NCBI GenBank assembly: GCA_951406725.2
Contig: OX597821.1
Location: 79,918,001 to 79,982,000 of the forward strand
Reading direction: 5' to 3'
Source of the DNA: Octopus vulgaris
Taxonomy: Eukaryota
DNA length: 64,000 nt
The notes under the pieces were generated by a model that saw only the letters and a list, made by a program, of their open reading frames with translations, ran no database searches and had not been told where the DNA came from. Of the stretch, positions 14,125-28,978 are shown one piece after another. Each line of letters opens with the position of its first letter. The stretch's first letter is position 1. The translations under genes and the position numbers were made by a program.

Positions 14125-14790
14125 TTGGTTTCAAATTTTGACATAAGACCAGGAATTCCGGTGGAGGGGTAAGTCGATTATATTGCCCCCAGTTTTCAAA
14201 TGGTACTTATTTTATTAACTCAGAAAAGATGAAAAGGAAAATCGACCTAGGCGGAATTTGAACTCAGAACGTCAAGTAAGAAGAAATGCCACTGAGTATT
14301 TTGTTTGGCGCAATAACGATTCTGCCAGCTCGCTGCCTTATATACCGGTTTCAAATTTAAGCACAGGATCAGCTAATTCGGCGAGGTGCGGGTGGTAAGT
14401 CGATTTCATCGATCTCTCCAATCTTCAACTGGTACTTATTTTATCGATCCCGAAAGGACGAAAGGCAAGATTGACATCCACGGAATCTGAACTCAAAACG
14501 TAAAGACGGACGAAATTCCACAAAGCATTTTGTCCGGATTACTAACGATTCTGCTGACTCACCACTTTATTTTCCTTTATTTCTTTCAATCATTTGACTG
14601 CGGCCATACTGGAGCACCACCATGAAGGGTTTCAGTCGAACAAATCGGACTTGGGACTTATTTTTTAAGCCTAGTACTTTTTCTATCGGCAGCTTTTGAT
14701 AAACCGCCAGATTATGGGGGCGTAAACACACGAACACCGTCTGTCAATCGGTGACGGGGGAGGGGGCGGACAAACAAAGACACACACACT
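14125..14790 (-). mobile_element. Cluster of two family A SINEs and one family B SINE fragment
   Basis: Matches to 717-1330 and 2171-2560. Confidence 0.75.
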
Positions 14791-14832
14791 CATATATATA
14801 TATATATATAAATATATATAACACATAAACAA

Positions 14833-14915
14833 AGCCTGAAAGATTGCTTTAAAATACATGACATTTTATAAGTATGCCTGTTCAGTATCATAAAAGCATG
14901 AAATTACGAGTAGCT
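14833..14915 (+). ncRNA. Degenerate hammerhead-like motif
   Basis: agc-CTGAAAGA-t-tgcttt...aaagca-t-GAAA-ttacgag-TA-gct: one extra core base and an imperfect stem III; lies between (TA)n and (GT)n. Confidence 0.35.
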
Positions 14916-14938
14916 CTTTCGGTTGTTTATTTAATTTG

Positions 14939-14973
<35 letters not shown>

Positions 14974-15246
14974 TGTGTATTCAATACCTGATGGGTTGAG
15001 GCTCCATCATCGTAATGCGTGCTGAGAAAAGTGAGGCTGTTATGCCAGTTCAGAAACCGGTCCACGTGAGTCCAAATACTTGAATGGGTTCAGAGAGATT
15101 GTCTTAGCTAGTTTGCCTTCGGACGGTTGGTTTCTGTAATTATTATCAGTGCATTCTGGCGATTTAAATGAGAGTTTTGACTGTTATTTCCAGCAGGTAG
15201 ACATATTTCACATGTCCTTTGATTAATTTTAATATATATATATATA

Positions 15247-16425
15247 CTAGCATTAAAGACCCGTCGTGGCCGGGTCATAGTGCTAGTGCATGTATATATG
15301 TGTATATATATGTGTACATATTACATATACATCTACACATAAAATACAAAATACAAAGTTATATCTTGATATCGCTAGTGATAACAATTCGCAAAATATA
15401 TAACAGACTGGAGTTGTTAGCCCGTCTCTTGTAATTTCAATCAATTGTATCTTGTCCTCCCTCTTGTATAGAAGTGTGGCTACGATCCAGACTACCTCTA
15501 CTTCGGGGGGGGGGGGGGCATTTAAAATTTTTTCCGGGACGTCCTACGTCTCAGATATAAAGGTAAAAATAAAATATTTCCAGTTTGCAAGGTTCGAGTC
15601 GAGTCCCTTGCACGCTCCGTTGACTCGAACCTTGCTTCTATTGTGGCGAATTTACCGCCTCTGATTAGATACCTTTCATAGTTGCACCAAGACACTTTTC
15701 GAAGGTGCTTTCCTCCATGTGTTCAAATCTTTTTTTCTCTACATTGTATACTTTATAGACAATAGTCTTTTCTTTAATTTAATTTTTTATTATCCATCTG
15801 ATCTATTCCATTTCTGCACGCTAATTTTATTTTTAATTTATTCCCATTCATGTGAAACCACTGATTCAAGTTCAAATCATTGATGCAATTTTATACCAAT
15901 TGCTATTTTTACTTTTGTTATGTTACGATTATATTATACTTTAGTTTGATTTTAATTATTACTTACAACATATAATTCAATTGTTATTATTATTTTTATT
16001 GTTAAAGTGAAAGCATCTGACATAAAATAGAGAAATGTTTTTGTTTCACTTTTAACACGAAATACTGAAATAGTGGAGAAGATATGATATTGCTATGGGC
16101 TCGCTCTAGGCAAGAAGTTGAACATTTTTTTGCCCATGAAACTACATGGACCCTAAGTAAGGCATGTGTAAAATTTGAATGGAATTGGTTGTGTAGTTCT
16201 CAAGTTTTAGGGAATCGTAATGGAGAAGATATGATATTGCTATGGGCTCGCTCTAGGCAAGAAGTTAAAAATGTTTTTTGCCGATGACACTCCCCGGAAC
16301 CTAAGTAAGGCATGTGTAAAATTTGAATGAAATTGGTTGTGTAGCTCTCAAGTTTTAGGGAAAGACACAGACAGACAGACAGACAGACAGACACACACAC
16401 ATTCTCAGTTTTATATATATAAAGA
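15247..16425 (-). mobile_element. Non-autonomous Helitron-like element
   Basis: Minus strand starts TCtttatatatataaaa followed by a microsatellite, and ends with hairpin gacccggc-cacga-cgggtc about 8 nt before CTAG, flanked A|T. Contains an internal ~147-bp duplication (16075/16222). Confidence 0.7.
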
Positions 16426-16804
16426 TATATATATAGCTGAAGTTGTCTGTTTATGGCAGGTTTGGTAGCCTTCAACTAACACTATCTCCTCCGAGACCCT
16501 GCAGCGCAAGTTGACCAAAATTGAGAGTATGATAGAAGAAGGCTTGCTCTTCCTTCCATAGTAGAAAAATCGGACCATTTTAACACCAAAAATTATTTAT
16601 ATCAAAACGGTGCTTTTTTTCTATGAAAATCCCTATGTTTTACGATTTTTTAACTGCTGTGTCGCCATTTTTCGGTGTATTTCAACCAGTAAAATGTTCA
16701 CCTAAAGAGAATAACAAGCTACATAATGCAAAACTTTTACTTTTCAAAAATTCCAATTCTAAAGGGTCGAAACAAACCCGAGCAATGCCGGGCGATACTG
16801 CTAA
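16426..16804 (+). mobile_element. Non-autonomous Helitron-like element
   Basis: 3' end acccgagcaatgccgggc...tgCTAA|t (hairpin plus CTRR); 5' end lies within a TA run. Confidence 0.6.
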
Positions 16805-16810
16805 TATGTA

Positions 16811-16955
16811 TGACGGGCTTCTTTCAGTTCTCGTTAGCCAAATCCCTTCACAAGGCTTTGGTCGGCCCGAGGCTATTGTAGAAGATACTTGTCCAAGGTG
16901 CCACGCAGTGAGACTGAACCTGGAACCTTGTGGTTGGGAAGCAAGCTTCCACACC
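16811..16955 (-). mobile_element. SINE family B, 5' half
   Basis: gacgggcttctttcag...ggtcggcccgaggctattgtagaaga...tggttgggaagcaagct. Confidence 0.75.
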
Positions 16956-17246
16956 TGAATTCATAGGTAGCAACTCGTTGGTGATGATTCCTGTACGAGT
17001 GTAAAGAGCTCTAAATTTTAGCAATATCCACCCATTTTCACCGCCTACTATTCTTGGGAAGGTTGTGGCGGTAGAGTCCTCAAGCAATATATATGTCTGA
17101 TATAGTTAGAAAAGTGACAGATCGAACTTTGGGGGACCTGACACTTGCACTAGTTACGCTTATATGTAATCCAAGTGTTTCATGGTAATCCATCGTCACA
17201 CCTGTATGTATGCTTGTATGTACGTATGTACGTATCTGTGTGTGTG

Positions 17247-17278
<32 letters not shown>

Positions 17279-17876
17279 TGTATGTATGTCTATATGTATG
17301 TGTGTGTGTGTATGTATGTACGTATGTGTTATGTATGTATGTGTGTGTGTATGGTTTGTTTATCTTCATGAGAGTTACAGTGTATATTATAACCAGCCAC
17401 CTGTTCGAAAACAAAACCGTAATGAAATGATATAAAGTTATTTTCGTTATTTTTTGCACAATCATTCGCCCTTTTATATCTCTACACATTTTTATTGTCC
17501 CGGATCGCATGGTCATCTGTTGTGTGCGAATTGTAGGGCTAAGCTGCTTTTTGTTTTTTTCTGTGAGGTTTTGTTTTGAGCACACAAGCATGACTGCATA
17601 GCTAAGAGGTTCCCTTCGCTGCAACGTGCTTTGGTTTCGATCTTACTGTACAACATCTTGGGTAAAAAAAACAAAAAACTCTATGCAGTCACAATACTTA
17701 AGGGATTTTTTTTAAAGACATTAACTAATAAAAAAGATTGTTTTTGAAAAGAAATTTCAAATATCACGAACGTTTTGGAAAGAAGTTTTTGCGTTGTGTG
17801 CAAGCGCTTTCGTTGTTCATATTTTCAAGCATATATATGGACATTCATGTGTGTGTGTGTGTAAGTATATAAAACT

Positions 17877-17958
<82 letters not shown>

Positions 17959-18440
17959 TATATATATATATATGTATATGCATATAGATATATGTATATA
18001 AGTATATATAAAGTATATACATTTAAGTATACATATATATCCCTCGCGTAAGGCTTTATTTCCACACACGCCAGCTTAATTTAATTCGAACTTACTCGAA
18101 CGCCACCTGCTGTTATGTCCTGTTAATATTTTTATTGTATTTGTGTAACATTGTCCGTTTTTTTCCGTCCTTGTTTTTGTATACATTCGCTGCTTACTTT
18201 CAAGGAATCTAATGCTCTTAGCTTAGTTTTTCCTTGGGGTTGGCCAGATTGGAGCAATCTCGAGTATAATCAGCCGAAATTGCGAAGATAATCTGGTACT
18301 CGACTGAGGAAAGAAAGCTTCCTTGGTTTCTTTGTATCGTCTATCTGGATGTTTTGTTGTCTCATTTTTTTTGTATTACCTAACTTCCCGGATGTCTTGC
18401 GCTCTTGTCCCATTTTGTATTATATATATATATATACATA

Positions 18441-19704
18441 TAGGGGTTGGACAAAATAATAGAAACACCTAGCGTCATAGCATCACAAGTTTCAAATATC
18501 TATGAAACCGTCAAAATCTTGTTTATTTTTATGGTTTTTGATTTATTGTTAGTGTTGCTTAATGTTTTGCTAAAATTGCTGTTTCTTTTCAGACATCAGC
18601 AGAAAAAGGTAATTAAAATTCACTAAAATGACAGATCTATCGGACTTTCAAAGAGGTCAAATTGTTCGTACTCGTATGGTAGGCACTAGCATAACGAGAG
18701 CAGCCGAAATGTTTGGTGTGTCAAGAAGTACTGTCTCAAAAGTTATGACAGCATTTGAGGCAGAGGAAGAAACCTCCTCGTCGAAACAAAAATCCAAAAG
18801 AAAAGCAAAACTTTCAGATAGGGAGCGTCGGACTCTTATGCGAATTGTTAGAAAGGATCACAAAAGTGCGGCTCCCAAAATTACTGCAGAGCTTAATGAC
18901 CACCTCGAGAACCCAATTTCCACAAAAAAACTGTTCGACAGGAGATGCACAAAGCCGGATTCACGGGAGGGCTGCAATCAGAAAATCACTACTTTCAAAA
19001 ACAAACGTTGCACAGCGTTTAGAGTGGAGTAAAATCCTACGGAATTGGTCCCCAGATCAATGGAAGAATGTTATTTTCTCGGACGAGTCATCTTTTACCT
19101 TGTTTCCGACTACCGGCCGAGTATATGTGTGGAGATAGCCAAAAGAAGCATTTGACTCTGACTGCATTCTTCCAACAGTTAAACATGGAGGAGGATCTGT
19201 GATGATCTGGGGAGCTATGTCTTGGAAATCCGCCCGCCCATTGGTTTCCCTTCATGGCAGAATTAATAGTCAAAACTATTCAAGCATTTTATCTGATCAA
19301 ATTCATCCTATGGTTGCCGAACTGTTTCAGGGGGGAAACGCAATATTTCAGGATGATAATGCACCAATTCACACAGCTAAAATTATTACTGAATGGCACG
19401 AAAAGTAAAGTTGAACTTTTTATCTGGCCACTACAGTCCCCAGATCTTAATATTATTGAACATTTATGGTGAATTTTAGAAAAAAAAGTAAGGAGTCGAT
19501 ATCCTCCACCATCATCACTACAAGAACTGCGGATAGTTTTAGTTGAAGAATGGACAAAAATTCTTTTGGAAACAATTCAAACTTTGTACAAGTCCATACC
19601 TCGTAGAATTCAAGCTGTAGTTACTGCAAAAGGCGGTCCTACCCCATATTAAAATAAATTTGTTTGAAATTTCAAGGTGTTTCCATTATTTTGTCCAACC
19701 CCTG
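18441..19704 (+). mobile_element. Full-length Tc1-family DNA transposon (inactive)
   Basis: 30-bp TIRs (c/t)aggggttggacaaaataat(g/a)gaaacacct at 18441-18470 and 19675-19704 (28/30 match), flanked by TA, 1264 bp. Confidence 0.95.
18628..19652 (+). pseudogene. Tc1 DD34E transposase, frameshifted
   Basis: HTH region MTDLSDFQRGQIV...; catalytic motifs VIFSDES, FQDDNAPIH, SPDLNIIEHLW; ends GGPTPY*. Broken by frameshifts and stops. Confidence 0.92.
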
Positions 19705-19743
19705 TATATACATATATATGCATTTTGCATAAATGTATGCGTG

Positions 19744-19805
<62 letters not shown>

Positions 19806-19953
19806 CATATGTATATGTATATACACACTCGCACAAGCACATATATATACATGCTCGTTATATACATCAGTGTGTTTACACTTCTGGGTACATCACCGTA
19901 TGCATATGAATTGTGTGCATGTCTGTATATGTGTGTGTGAATATGTATATATA

Positions 19954-20034
<81 letters not shown>

Positions 20035-20715
20035 GTATATATACACATGTGTATTCATGTATTCGTCACGCTCTTACGTTTTCTCTCCGGTCTTGTATTA
20101 CCGCTCTTCCCGCCTCACCTTCTCCCTTACGCACCGTCGCCACCACCACCACCATTACGATGACCACCGGAACTACCATGCCGACCATATCGTCACCGCC
20201 ATCACTGCTACCACCGCCACCGCTACCACCACCACCACCGCCATTACCACTACATTCTTCAATCACAGTTTCATTAATGATATGTCACCTTGTAAAGGCC
20301 CTAGACCTCCAATGTCACAAGCAACCCCCATTTCTTCGTCTTACCCCCAACAAGATCCCGGTACTCAAGTAATAATGTGTCACCTTCACTCAAAAATTAT
20401 GACACATTCTTTAAATTTCTCTATAACCCCCCCCCCCCATCTCTTACTCTGTTTTAAACCTTAACTCTACACCCAATATGTGTGTGTGTGCGTCCGTATT
20501 ATGTCTGCATAGCATACACCGTGTGCGCGTGGGTAAATGAGTGAATAAGTGTGTATCTGTATGTGTGTGTGTTTGTGTGTGTGTGTGAGAGAGAGAGAGT
20601 GTGAGTGAGAGAGAGAGAGCGAGAGAGAGAGTAATGCTTGCACATTATGCTCTATGTGTATACTGCGTGTGTGTATAAGATCCTCATACTTAAGTGATAA
20701 TGTCACCTTCACTTT

Positions 20716-20756
<41 letters not shown>

Positions 20757-21029
20757 TGTGTGTATGTAATATCTACATAAATTGTGTATACATAATGTCT
20801 ATAAATGGGTGTGTATGATGTTTTGATGTCAGCACTGTATACCGTCTGTATGTATAAACTCTACACATTCTACTGTATGTGGGTATATATAATGTCTACG
20901 CATTATACTGCGTGTCTACAAAATATAATCTACATGTATATGTGTTTGTGCATAATGTCAACGTATAATACTCCGTGTGTATATATATATATATATGTAT
21001 TATGTTTACAGTTATGCCGTAGGCACTTT

Positions 21030-21223
21030 AAATTTCTTTTAAAACATTTTGTTACATTTAAATTTCTATTTTACAAACTGAAAAAGGAGCTTAACAAAAT
21101 TAACTAAATTAGCAGAGAATAATGGCTTCATATTTGTTTTTCTAATTAAGATCCAAACTGTTAATATATGAATGCGAAAGAGAGAGAGTTGAATAACTGT
21201 AAACCTACTTTTGGGGCCACCCT

Positions 21224-21226
<3 letters not shown>
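21030..21226. mobile_element. Possible Tc1/mariner-type element end
   Basis: Ends ...taaacctacttttggggccaccctgTA (TA-cagggtg-type TIR). The partner TIR was not found. Confidence 0.4.
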
Positions 21227-21288
<62 letters not shown>

Positions 21289-22596
21289 ATGCCTTCACCT
21301 TATTCTGCGTCCCTGTGTGTATCTTAGGTCTTCACAATATGCGATGTGTCTGTGTTTGCATTTTCTATGTAATATTTGACATAGTCGTTGTTTAATCCCA
21401 GATAAGCCCCAATCGATCAACCCTACGATCGAAGGCATTACAGATATGACCGACATGGTTTTTTTCCTATATGCAAGGAACCCAGGGCCAAATAATCCGA
21501 ACAGTAAGGCGACACCAGAAAAATTATTTTACTGTTATTTCTAGCAAGTCAGCCGCGTGGAGACTCACTCTGGGCTCATCTTTCTTTTAGTGTATGGGGA
21601 AGAGCAGTCTTTGTTGATCCTATATTTATGTATGTGTGTATGCATATAATGTGTGTTATGACTACACACTGTACTGTATATGTGTGTGTTAGCTTGAGTG
21701 TATGTAGACGCAGGCGCGCGTGTGACGGTGTCGGTTGTTTCAATCGATGAGTCGGATGTTCCAGTTAATGTAGTACAGCTTGTCAACATCTATCAAACAT
21801 TCACATCTCCACACGATCTCATTTATAACATGACCACAGAGTCTCGTTACGCATGTCCGTCTGTCTGTCTGTCTATCTGCCTGTCCGCCCGTCTGTCTGT
21901 TTATCTGTCTCTCTTGAAAGCCTCGTTCCCAAGGCCCGAGAGTAATATAATGTTAAGACTGACGCATGACGTGTGCAATTAACTTTTTACTCCATGTCAA
22001 AGTTCGTATTCAATAACGATATGTCACAATTTGACCTGACCTTAGTGTCATCATGCGCACGCACATGCTTGTAAGTATGTATGTATGGATGGATGCAGGT
22101 ATGCATATATCTATGAACTGGGGCGCTGACACTCATACAGACTTGCATAAATGCATACATGCTTGCATACATACTTCCAAGTCAAAAATGACGAAGGAGG
22201 CTTCACTTAAAAACGAAAACAAGGCAAGCAGAGGCTTAAAATCGATACAAATAGCCTTTGAATGTCTCATCATATCCCTTCGATTATATCTACATAGCAC
22301 TCAAACCCCGAAGTCCTGCCACAGATCATATCTGCATATGTGAGTCCGATAACATCATGAGAGTTGGAATAAAGCGTTTCAGAAACTATTCCCTGAGTGA
22401 TGGCCAAACATATACACCCAGAAAACTTGTACAACTCTGCTGCAACGGATTGTCAGAGGAAAGGATGTGTACATACTTGCAAAAGGTGATGCTGGGCTGA
22501 TATTCCAATGAGGTTTTAAAGTGACTGTAACGTTGACAATAACAGAAGTCCACCCTAGACTAACAACCGGGATACTAGTTCTCAATTTGAATGATA

Positions 22597-23222
<626 letters not shown>

Positions 23223-23229
23223 GATCAAG

Positions 23230-23830
23230 ATATGCTTTTGTAATACAAAGGCAAGAAATAACTACAAAGTAAGTGATGCATTGCACAAAAGGGAAAAGGA
23301 TGCAAAAATGAGGCGGGTTCTGTGGAACGAACATTGGGAATGTGATCCACATCATAAGTTGTTGCCCGAAACTGTCCTTATGGTATTGCCTAGCCATGAG
23401 TCATGACGCCATGATTAAAGCAATATGTAATGATGCATATCGAAAGAATGCTCCTGAAAGACAAATGTAATAAGCTACGATAATGTGGAGGGTATAATCA
23501 CACATAATTCGAAAGATTACTGGCTGAAGGTTGTTGTGATGACATTAGTAAAATGCAAACATAACAGAAGGGACAATAATTTGGGCCGGAGAAAAGAAAC
23601 TATATCCAACAGATGTCAGCAGAAGGTTTACGATTATTAAGAGAGCATCCATGCCGAACTAATGAGAAATCGGTTGCTACTCCGTTCAGACTATAAGTTT
23701 AGATTTGTATCAATAATTACTGGAACCTCGGTACCAAGCTTGAGAAGCTGAGATTCACAAAGCCAGAAAATATAGAGATAATCAGATTATGGACACAAGC
23801 TGTCAAAGAAGGTACTGCTTCCTTGAAAAG
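23230..23830 (+). pseudogene. R4/Dong-like (restriction-like endonuclease) non-LTR retrotransposon remnant
   Basis: Decayed QEITTK...C...NVIHIISCCPKLS...HDAMIKAI (CCHC-like), KHNRRD (HNRPD-like) and DYKFRFVSIITG. Confidence 0.55.
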
Positions 23831-24584
23831 TTTAACCAGAGTCGGCGCTCTCCACGAAGCAATCAAGGCGATCGCCTAGGACGCTAGCTAAACTCAAGAG
23901 CTCCACAAATAACTTACACATAATGTCATAATCCAATGGAAAACACTAAAGTTTATTAATTAAGAGAACAGAGGTTAATTCCGGTACAAAGAATGGTTAG
24001 TGAAGGTGTGAGGCGAGAGGGGGATGTGTGATGATTTGATCTGTCACATGATTTGGCGTGAAATATTTCAAATTTTGTCCTGTAACAGATTAACTCAATG
24101 ATATATGGCACTATAAGTACAGATTCCTTACTTGCAGGTTGAGTATAATTTTTCGGGATAGTCGGAGGGAATTGTGAAAAAAAGAAAAAAAAATTGAAAA
24201 GAAGGAAGAAGTAAGCTTTCATCACAGGATAGCGAGAAGATATTCGTTGTAGGGTTGGAAGAGGACACACTGTGGGGTCGTTAAGGGCTCTCAATGATTT
24301 TACACCGGCCCTAATTCTAATAAGAGAGACCAAAACATATACGGAGCCATCACTGTATCTAGTAAAAAGATCAGAATATTCTCCCCCTTAGCACATTACC
24401 TGTTTTCATTTATAAAGAACTCGGGTATGTCACTTTCGGGTTAGGGAAAGGGGCAGGGAAGACGAATTATCTTTCTCCTACAATTCGGGTTTTGCTAAGC
24501 ATTTTTTTAACAATAACAGGTTTTGACTGGAGTAGTCTTGAACACTACATTAAAAAGTATATTAGCATTCTAACTAATATACTA

Positions 24585-24663
<79 letters not shown>

Positions 24664-24704
24664 TAGTGTATTTGTATGGGTGTATATATATATGTATGTA
24701 TATA

Positions 24705-24736
<32 letters not shown>

Positions 24737-25257
24737 CACACACACATATATAGTGTATTTGTTTGTGTGTATATTATATATGTATGTATATATATGTGTA
24801 TGTGTGTGTATAATATATATATATACGTATGTGGCCAATAAAACGTTCGCCCAAACCTTCCTCTCCACTGAGACTATAAAATGTAGAAATAAAAGATAAA
24901 TAAATAAAAAACGAAAACAATGTGTGCCCCTGAGAAATTTTTGATTTCTGTGAAGCAATAAGGGATGTTCTTTCATCTGCGAACGAAAACCTGATTTCCA
25001 TTACCGGGTTGAAGGTTTTTTGAAAACTCACTGATGTCGCTTAAGTTCGTGGGACAGCTTATGTCTTCTTATTCTATATAAACATTAGTGATATCAAGTA
25101 AGACTGAACAGATCTGATATCGATCAATAAATTTGATGCATATGTTAATCTGAACAGATGAGAAATCACTCACAATAATTGGTAGTAGAATATGTTGTAC
25201 AGATGCGATGATATCAGCAGCTATAAACGCTAACGAAATTATCCTAAACGAATGATC

Positions 25258-25333
<76 letters not shown>

Positions 25334-25378
25334 GTTGGTCTATATGTCTGTTACACACTCTGTTTTTATGTGTATTTG

Positions 25379-25426
<48 letters not shown>

Positions 25427-25509
25427 ATTATGTATGTATATACATATATGTGTGCATATGCACTTAAATGCATATATATGTGTGTGTGTGTATCTACATG
25501 CATACACAA

Positions 25510-25541
<32 letters not shown>

Positions 25542-25925
25542 ATACATATATTCATGTGTGTATGTATACATACATATATACATATGTATGTATGTATTAT
25601 GTATGTATGTAAGTACATGTGAGTGTGTATATATGCACGCGGCCTGATATTTAAATACCCTTTCTATGACGCGCGCACACACACACATACACGCACAAAC
25701 GCAATAGCACATTTTTGCGTGTGTATATACACTTGCATGTATTTATGTATGTATATAAATATGTATGTACGCATTGTTTATGTCTAAACTTTTAGTTCAG
25801 TAGTTTATTTTAACCATCACAATTAAGTATATAATTCTCTCTTCATTTTTCTCTCTACCATTTTCTCCCTCCCACTCTGTGTGCACGTGTGCGTGTATGT
25901 GAGGTGAGTGGGGCATATATGTATG

Positions 25926-25972
<47 letters not shown>

Positions 25973-26991
25973 GTAAAGACATACATACATACATACATGG
26001 GTATATATGTATATGCTTATAAATACACACACGCACACACACGTGCATATATATATATATATCACTAAAATGACACTAAACAGATATCAAGCATCGATGA
26101 ACATGATGAAAAGGTGAATTGATGATATCAAACACATTCAAATAAACAAAAACGGACACCGCATTAAGATACACTGCACGACAACGACCAACATTCCACC
26201 ATCACCAACACCAATACCAATACCACAAACAACAAGAACAACAACAACAACAACAACGTTAACAACAACAACGTGAGAAAGCCATGAAAATATCTAGCCG
26301 AGACGAGATCAATATAAAAACTAACAGAATCGCCAAATCGATCAGCTTTAAAACCAGAAGCCTTAATTCTCATAATTATATTTCCGATAATTACATTACT
26401 TCTATAGCTACTAGTACTTCATTCTAACTTAATTTACGACTTTTCACTTGAAAAAAAAAAAGAAGTCCACAAGTATTAGTAATTTTCTTCTTCCATGAAT
26501 GACTATGCCATTGACGGTAGCAATGGCTGGAACAATGGCGTCGGTGGCGGTGAAGAGGGTGGCGGGGGTGGATTTGTTTGGCGGAGGTGGAACAAAAAGA
26601 TGGGTGGTAACTAGCGGGAGGAATCTGATCTGTTTCTTTGTGTTACGGTTTTGGGTTTTTTTTTGGAGGGGGGGGAGAGGGATGTTTTTGATGTTTTTTG
26701 TTCCACCACCACCCCATATCACCTCCTATACCTCATTTCATTTGTTTCGTGTGTTTACTGGTGTTTTAAAATGTCTTCTGGATATTTTCAACTTTGCTTT
26801 CATTTTTGTTTTCTTTTTTTTTTCTTTTAGAAATTTATTTATCACTTGATATTTTGTTAGTAGTTAGGACACTGATAGTGATAATGATGATGGTGATGTT
26901 GATGATGATGAAGATGATAAAATTGGCGGTGGTGGTCGCGATATTTCTTATACTTGACTGCACTCTAAACATTGAACTATAAACATTGAAC

Positions 26992-27060
<69 letters not shown>

Positions 27061-27061
27061 C

Positions 27062-27927
27062 CGAACTAAACTCCAGTCTGATCTATATGCTGTGAGTCAA
27101 ATGGCAGACAGAAACAAAATGCAACTGAATGAGGGAAAATTTGAGCTGATGCATTTTGGAAGAAATTCCTCATTAAAACAGCCATACTCTCTTCCTTCAG
27201 GGGAACCGCTCACAGCCTCTAACAATATCAGAGACCTGGGTGTAATTGTTGATGACGATCTCAGTTGGAGTGCACACATCAACAATAAGGTCGATATAGC
27301 TCGTAGGATGAGTTCCTGGATCTTAAGAACTTTCCGGTCCAGAGAACAAGATGTCATCATACCACTCATCTCGAGGATTGAATCACCCCAGAGGGCACTC
27401 ACTAAATGAATTGAAAGCATGGCTGCTCTCGATTATTGGGATTGCCTTAAAGCCTTGAAACTCTACTCTCTCCAGCGTCGCCGTGAGCGGTACATCATTT
27501 GTACGATGTGGAGAATATACCGCCAACTTTGCCCAAACGACCTGAACATTAGCTTCAAGGTTCATCCAAGACAGGGACCACGGGCCATGCGTCCCCTGCC
27601 TAATTCAAGTCACAGCATACATGTACACTGCAGCATAATTTCTTTTCCTCAACAGGCCCTGCTCTATTTAACATTGTCCCGAAAGAGATCAAAGAGAAAA
27701 AGGATCCCATCAACTTTAAACGGAGTCTGGATAGATTCCTTCAAAGAATACCAGATAAGCCACCCATAATTGGATACAATTCACCCAACAAAAACTCACT
27801 ACTTGAATGGACCATAAACAAAACTTGACTTATACAGGATTCAAATAATCCTATCAGGTGTTGTTATTAAGTTAAACATGGCCTGGACCAATCTCTGGTC
27901 GAAACATATCTAAGTTTATCTAAGTTT

Positions 27928-27928
<1 letters not shown>
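27062..27928 (+). pseudogene. CR1/L2-group LINE, 5'-truncated (RT C-terminus plus 3' tail), inserted in (AAT)n
   Basis: LQSDL...MQLNEGKFELMHFG...IRDLGVIVDDDLSWSAHI...LKLYSLQRRRER; tail stem-loop plus tatctaagtt repeats; AAT runs on both sides. Confidence 0.9.
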
Positions 27929-27982
<54 letters not shown>

Positions 27983-28024
27983 GTGATAATAATGATGATA
28001 ATAATAATAATAATAATAATAATG

Positions 28025-28085
<61 letters not shown>

Positions 28086-28111
28086 TAATAATAATGATAA
28101 TAATGATGATG

Positions 28112-28181
<70 letters not shown>
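27929..28181. repeat. (AAT)n microsatellite
   Basis: Read directly from the sequence. Confidence 0.97.
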
Positions 28182-28182
<1 letters not shown>

Positions 28183-28770
28183 CCTTTCTATTATAGGCAC
28201 AAGGCCTGAAATTTGGAAGAGGGAGATAGCCGATTACATCGACGCCAGTACTCAGCTGGTACTTATTTTATCAAACCCGAAAGGATGAAAGGCAAAGTCG
28301 ACCTCAGTGGAATTTGAACTCAGAACATGTAGACAGACGAAATACCTATTTCTTTATTACCCACAAGGGGGTAAACACAGAGGAGACAAACAAGGACAGA
28401 CATAGGTATTAAGACGATTACATCGACCCCAGTGCGTAACTGGTACTTAATTTATCGACCCCGAAAGGATGAAAGGCAAAGTCGACCTCGGCGGAATTTG
28501 AACTCAGAACGTAACGGCAGACGAAATACGGCTACGCATTTCGCCCGGCGTGCCAGTTACTGATTCTGCCAGCTCACGGCTTTAATAATCCATTCTAGTA
28601 AAGGCACAAGGCCTGAAATCTGTGGGGAGGGGACTAGTCGATCACATCGACCCCAGTGTTTCACTGATACTCAATTTATCGACCCTGAAAGAATGGAAGG
28701 CAAAGCCGACCTCGGCGGAATTTGAACTCCGAATGTAAAGATAGACAAAATAGCAGTATTTTCACCCGCA
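28182..28770 (-). mobile_element. SINE family A multimer/cluster
   Basis: Three copies of the gatgaaaggcaaagtcgacctcggcggaatttgaactc module. Confidence 0.85.
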
Positions 28771-28819
28771 ATATAAACAATAATAAAGTTCTATATTTAG
28801 GAGATGAGGTATTATGAAC

Positions 28820-28927
28820 ATTATTTACATTATTTACATTAGACGGATATTTGTCTTCGTCGGGCATTAAGAGCGCGGGCTACTAATCCCAAGATTCCAA
28901 GTTCGATTCCAAGCAATAATAATGATG

Positions 28928-28978
<51 letters not shown>

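Noticed and set aside
18040-18420. TA-flanked block containing ccGAAA and CTGAGGA
   Set aside because: The motifs are in an order and context that I could not fold into a hammerhead. It is probably a repeat but remains unassigned.
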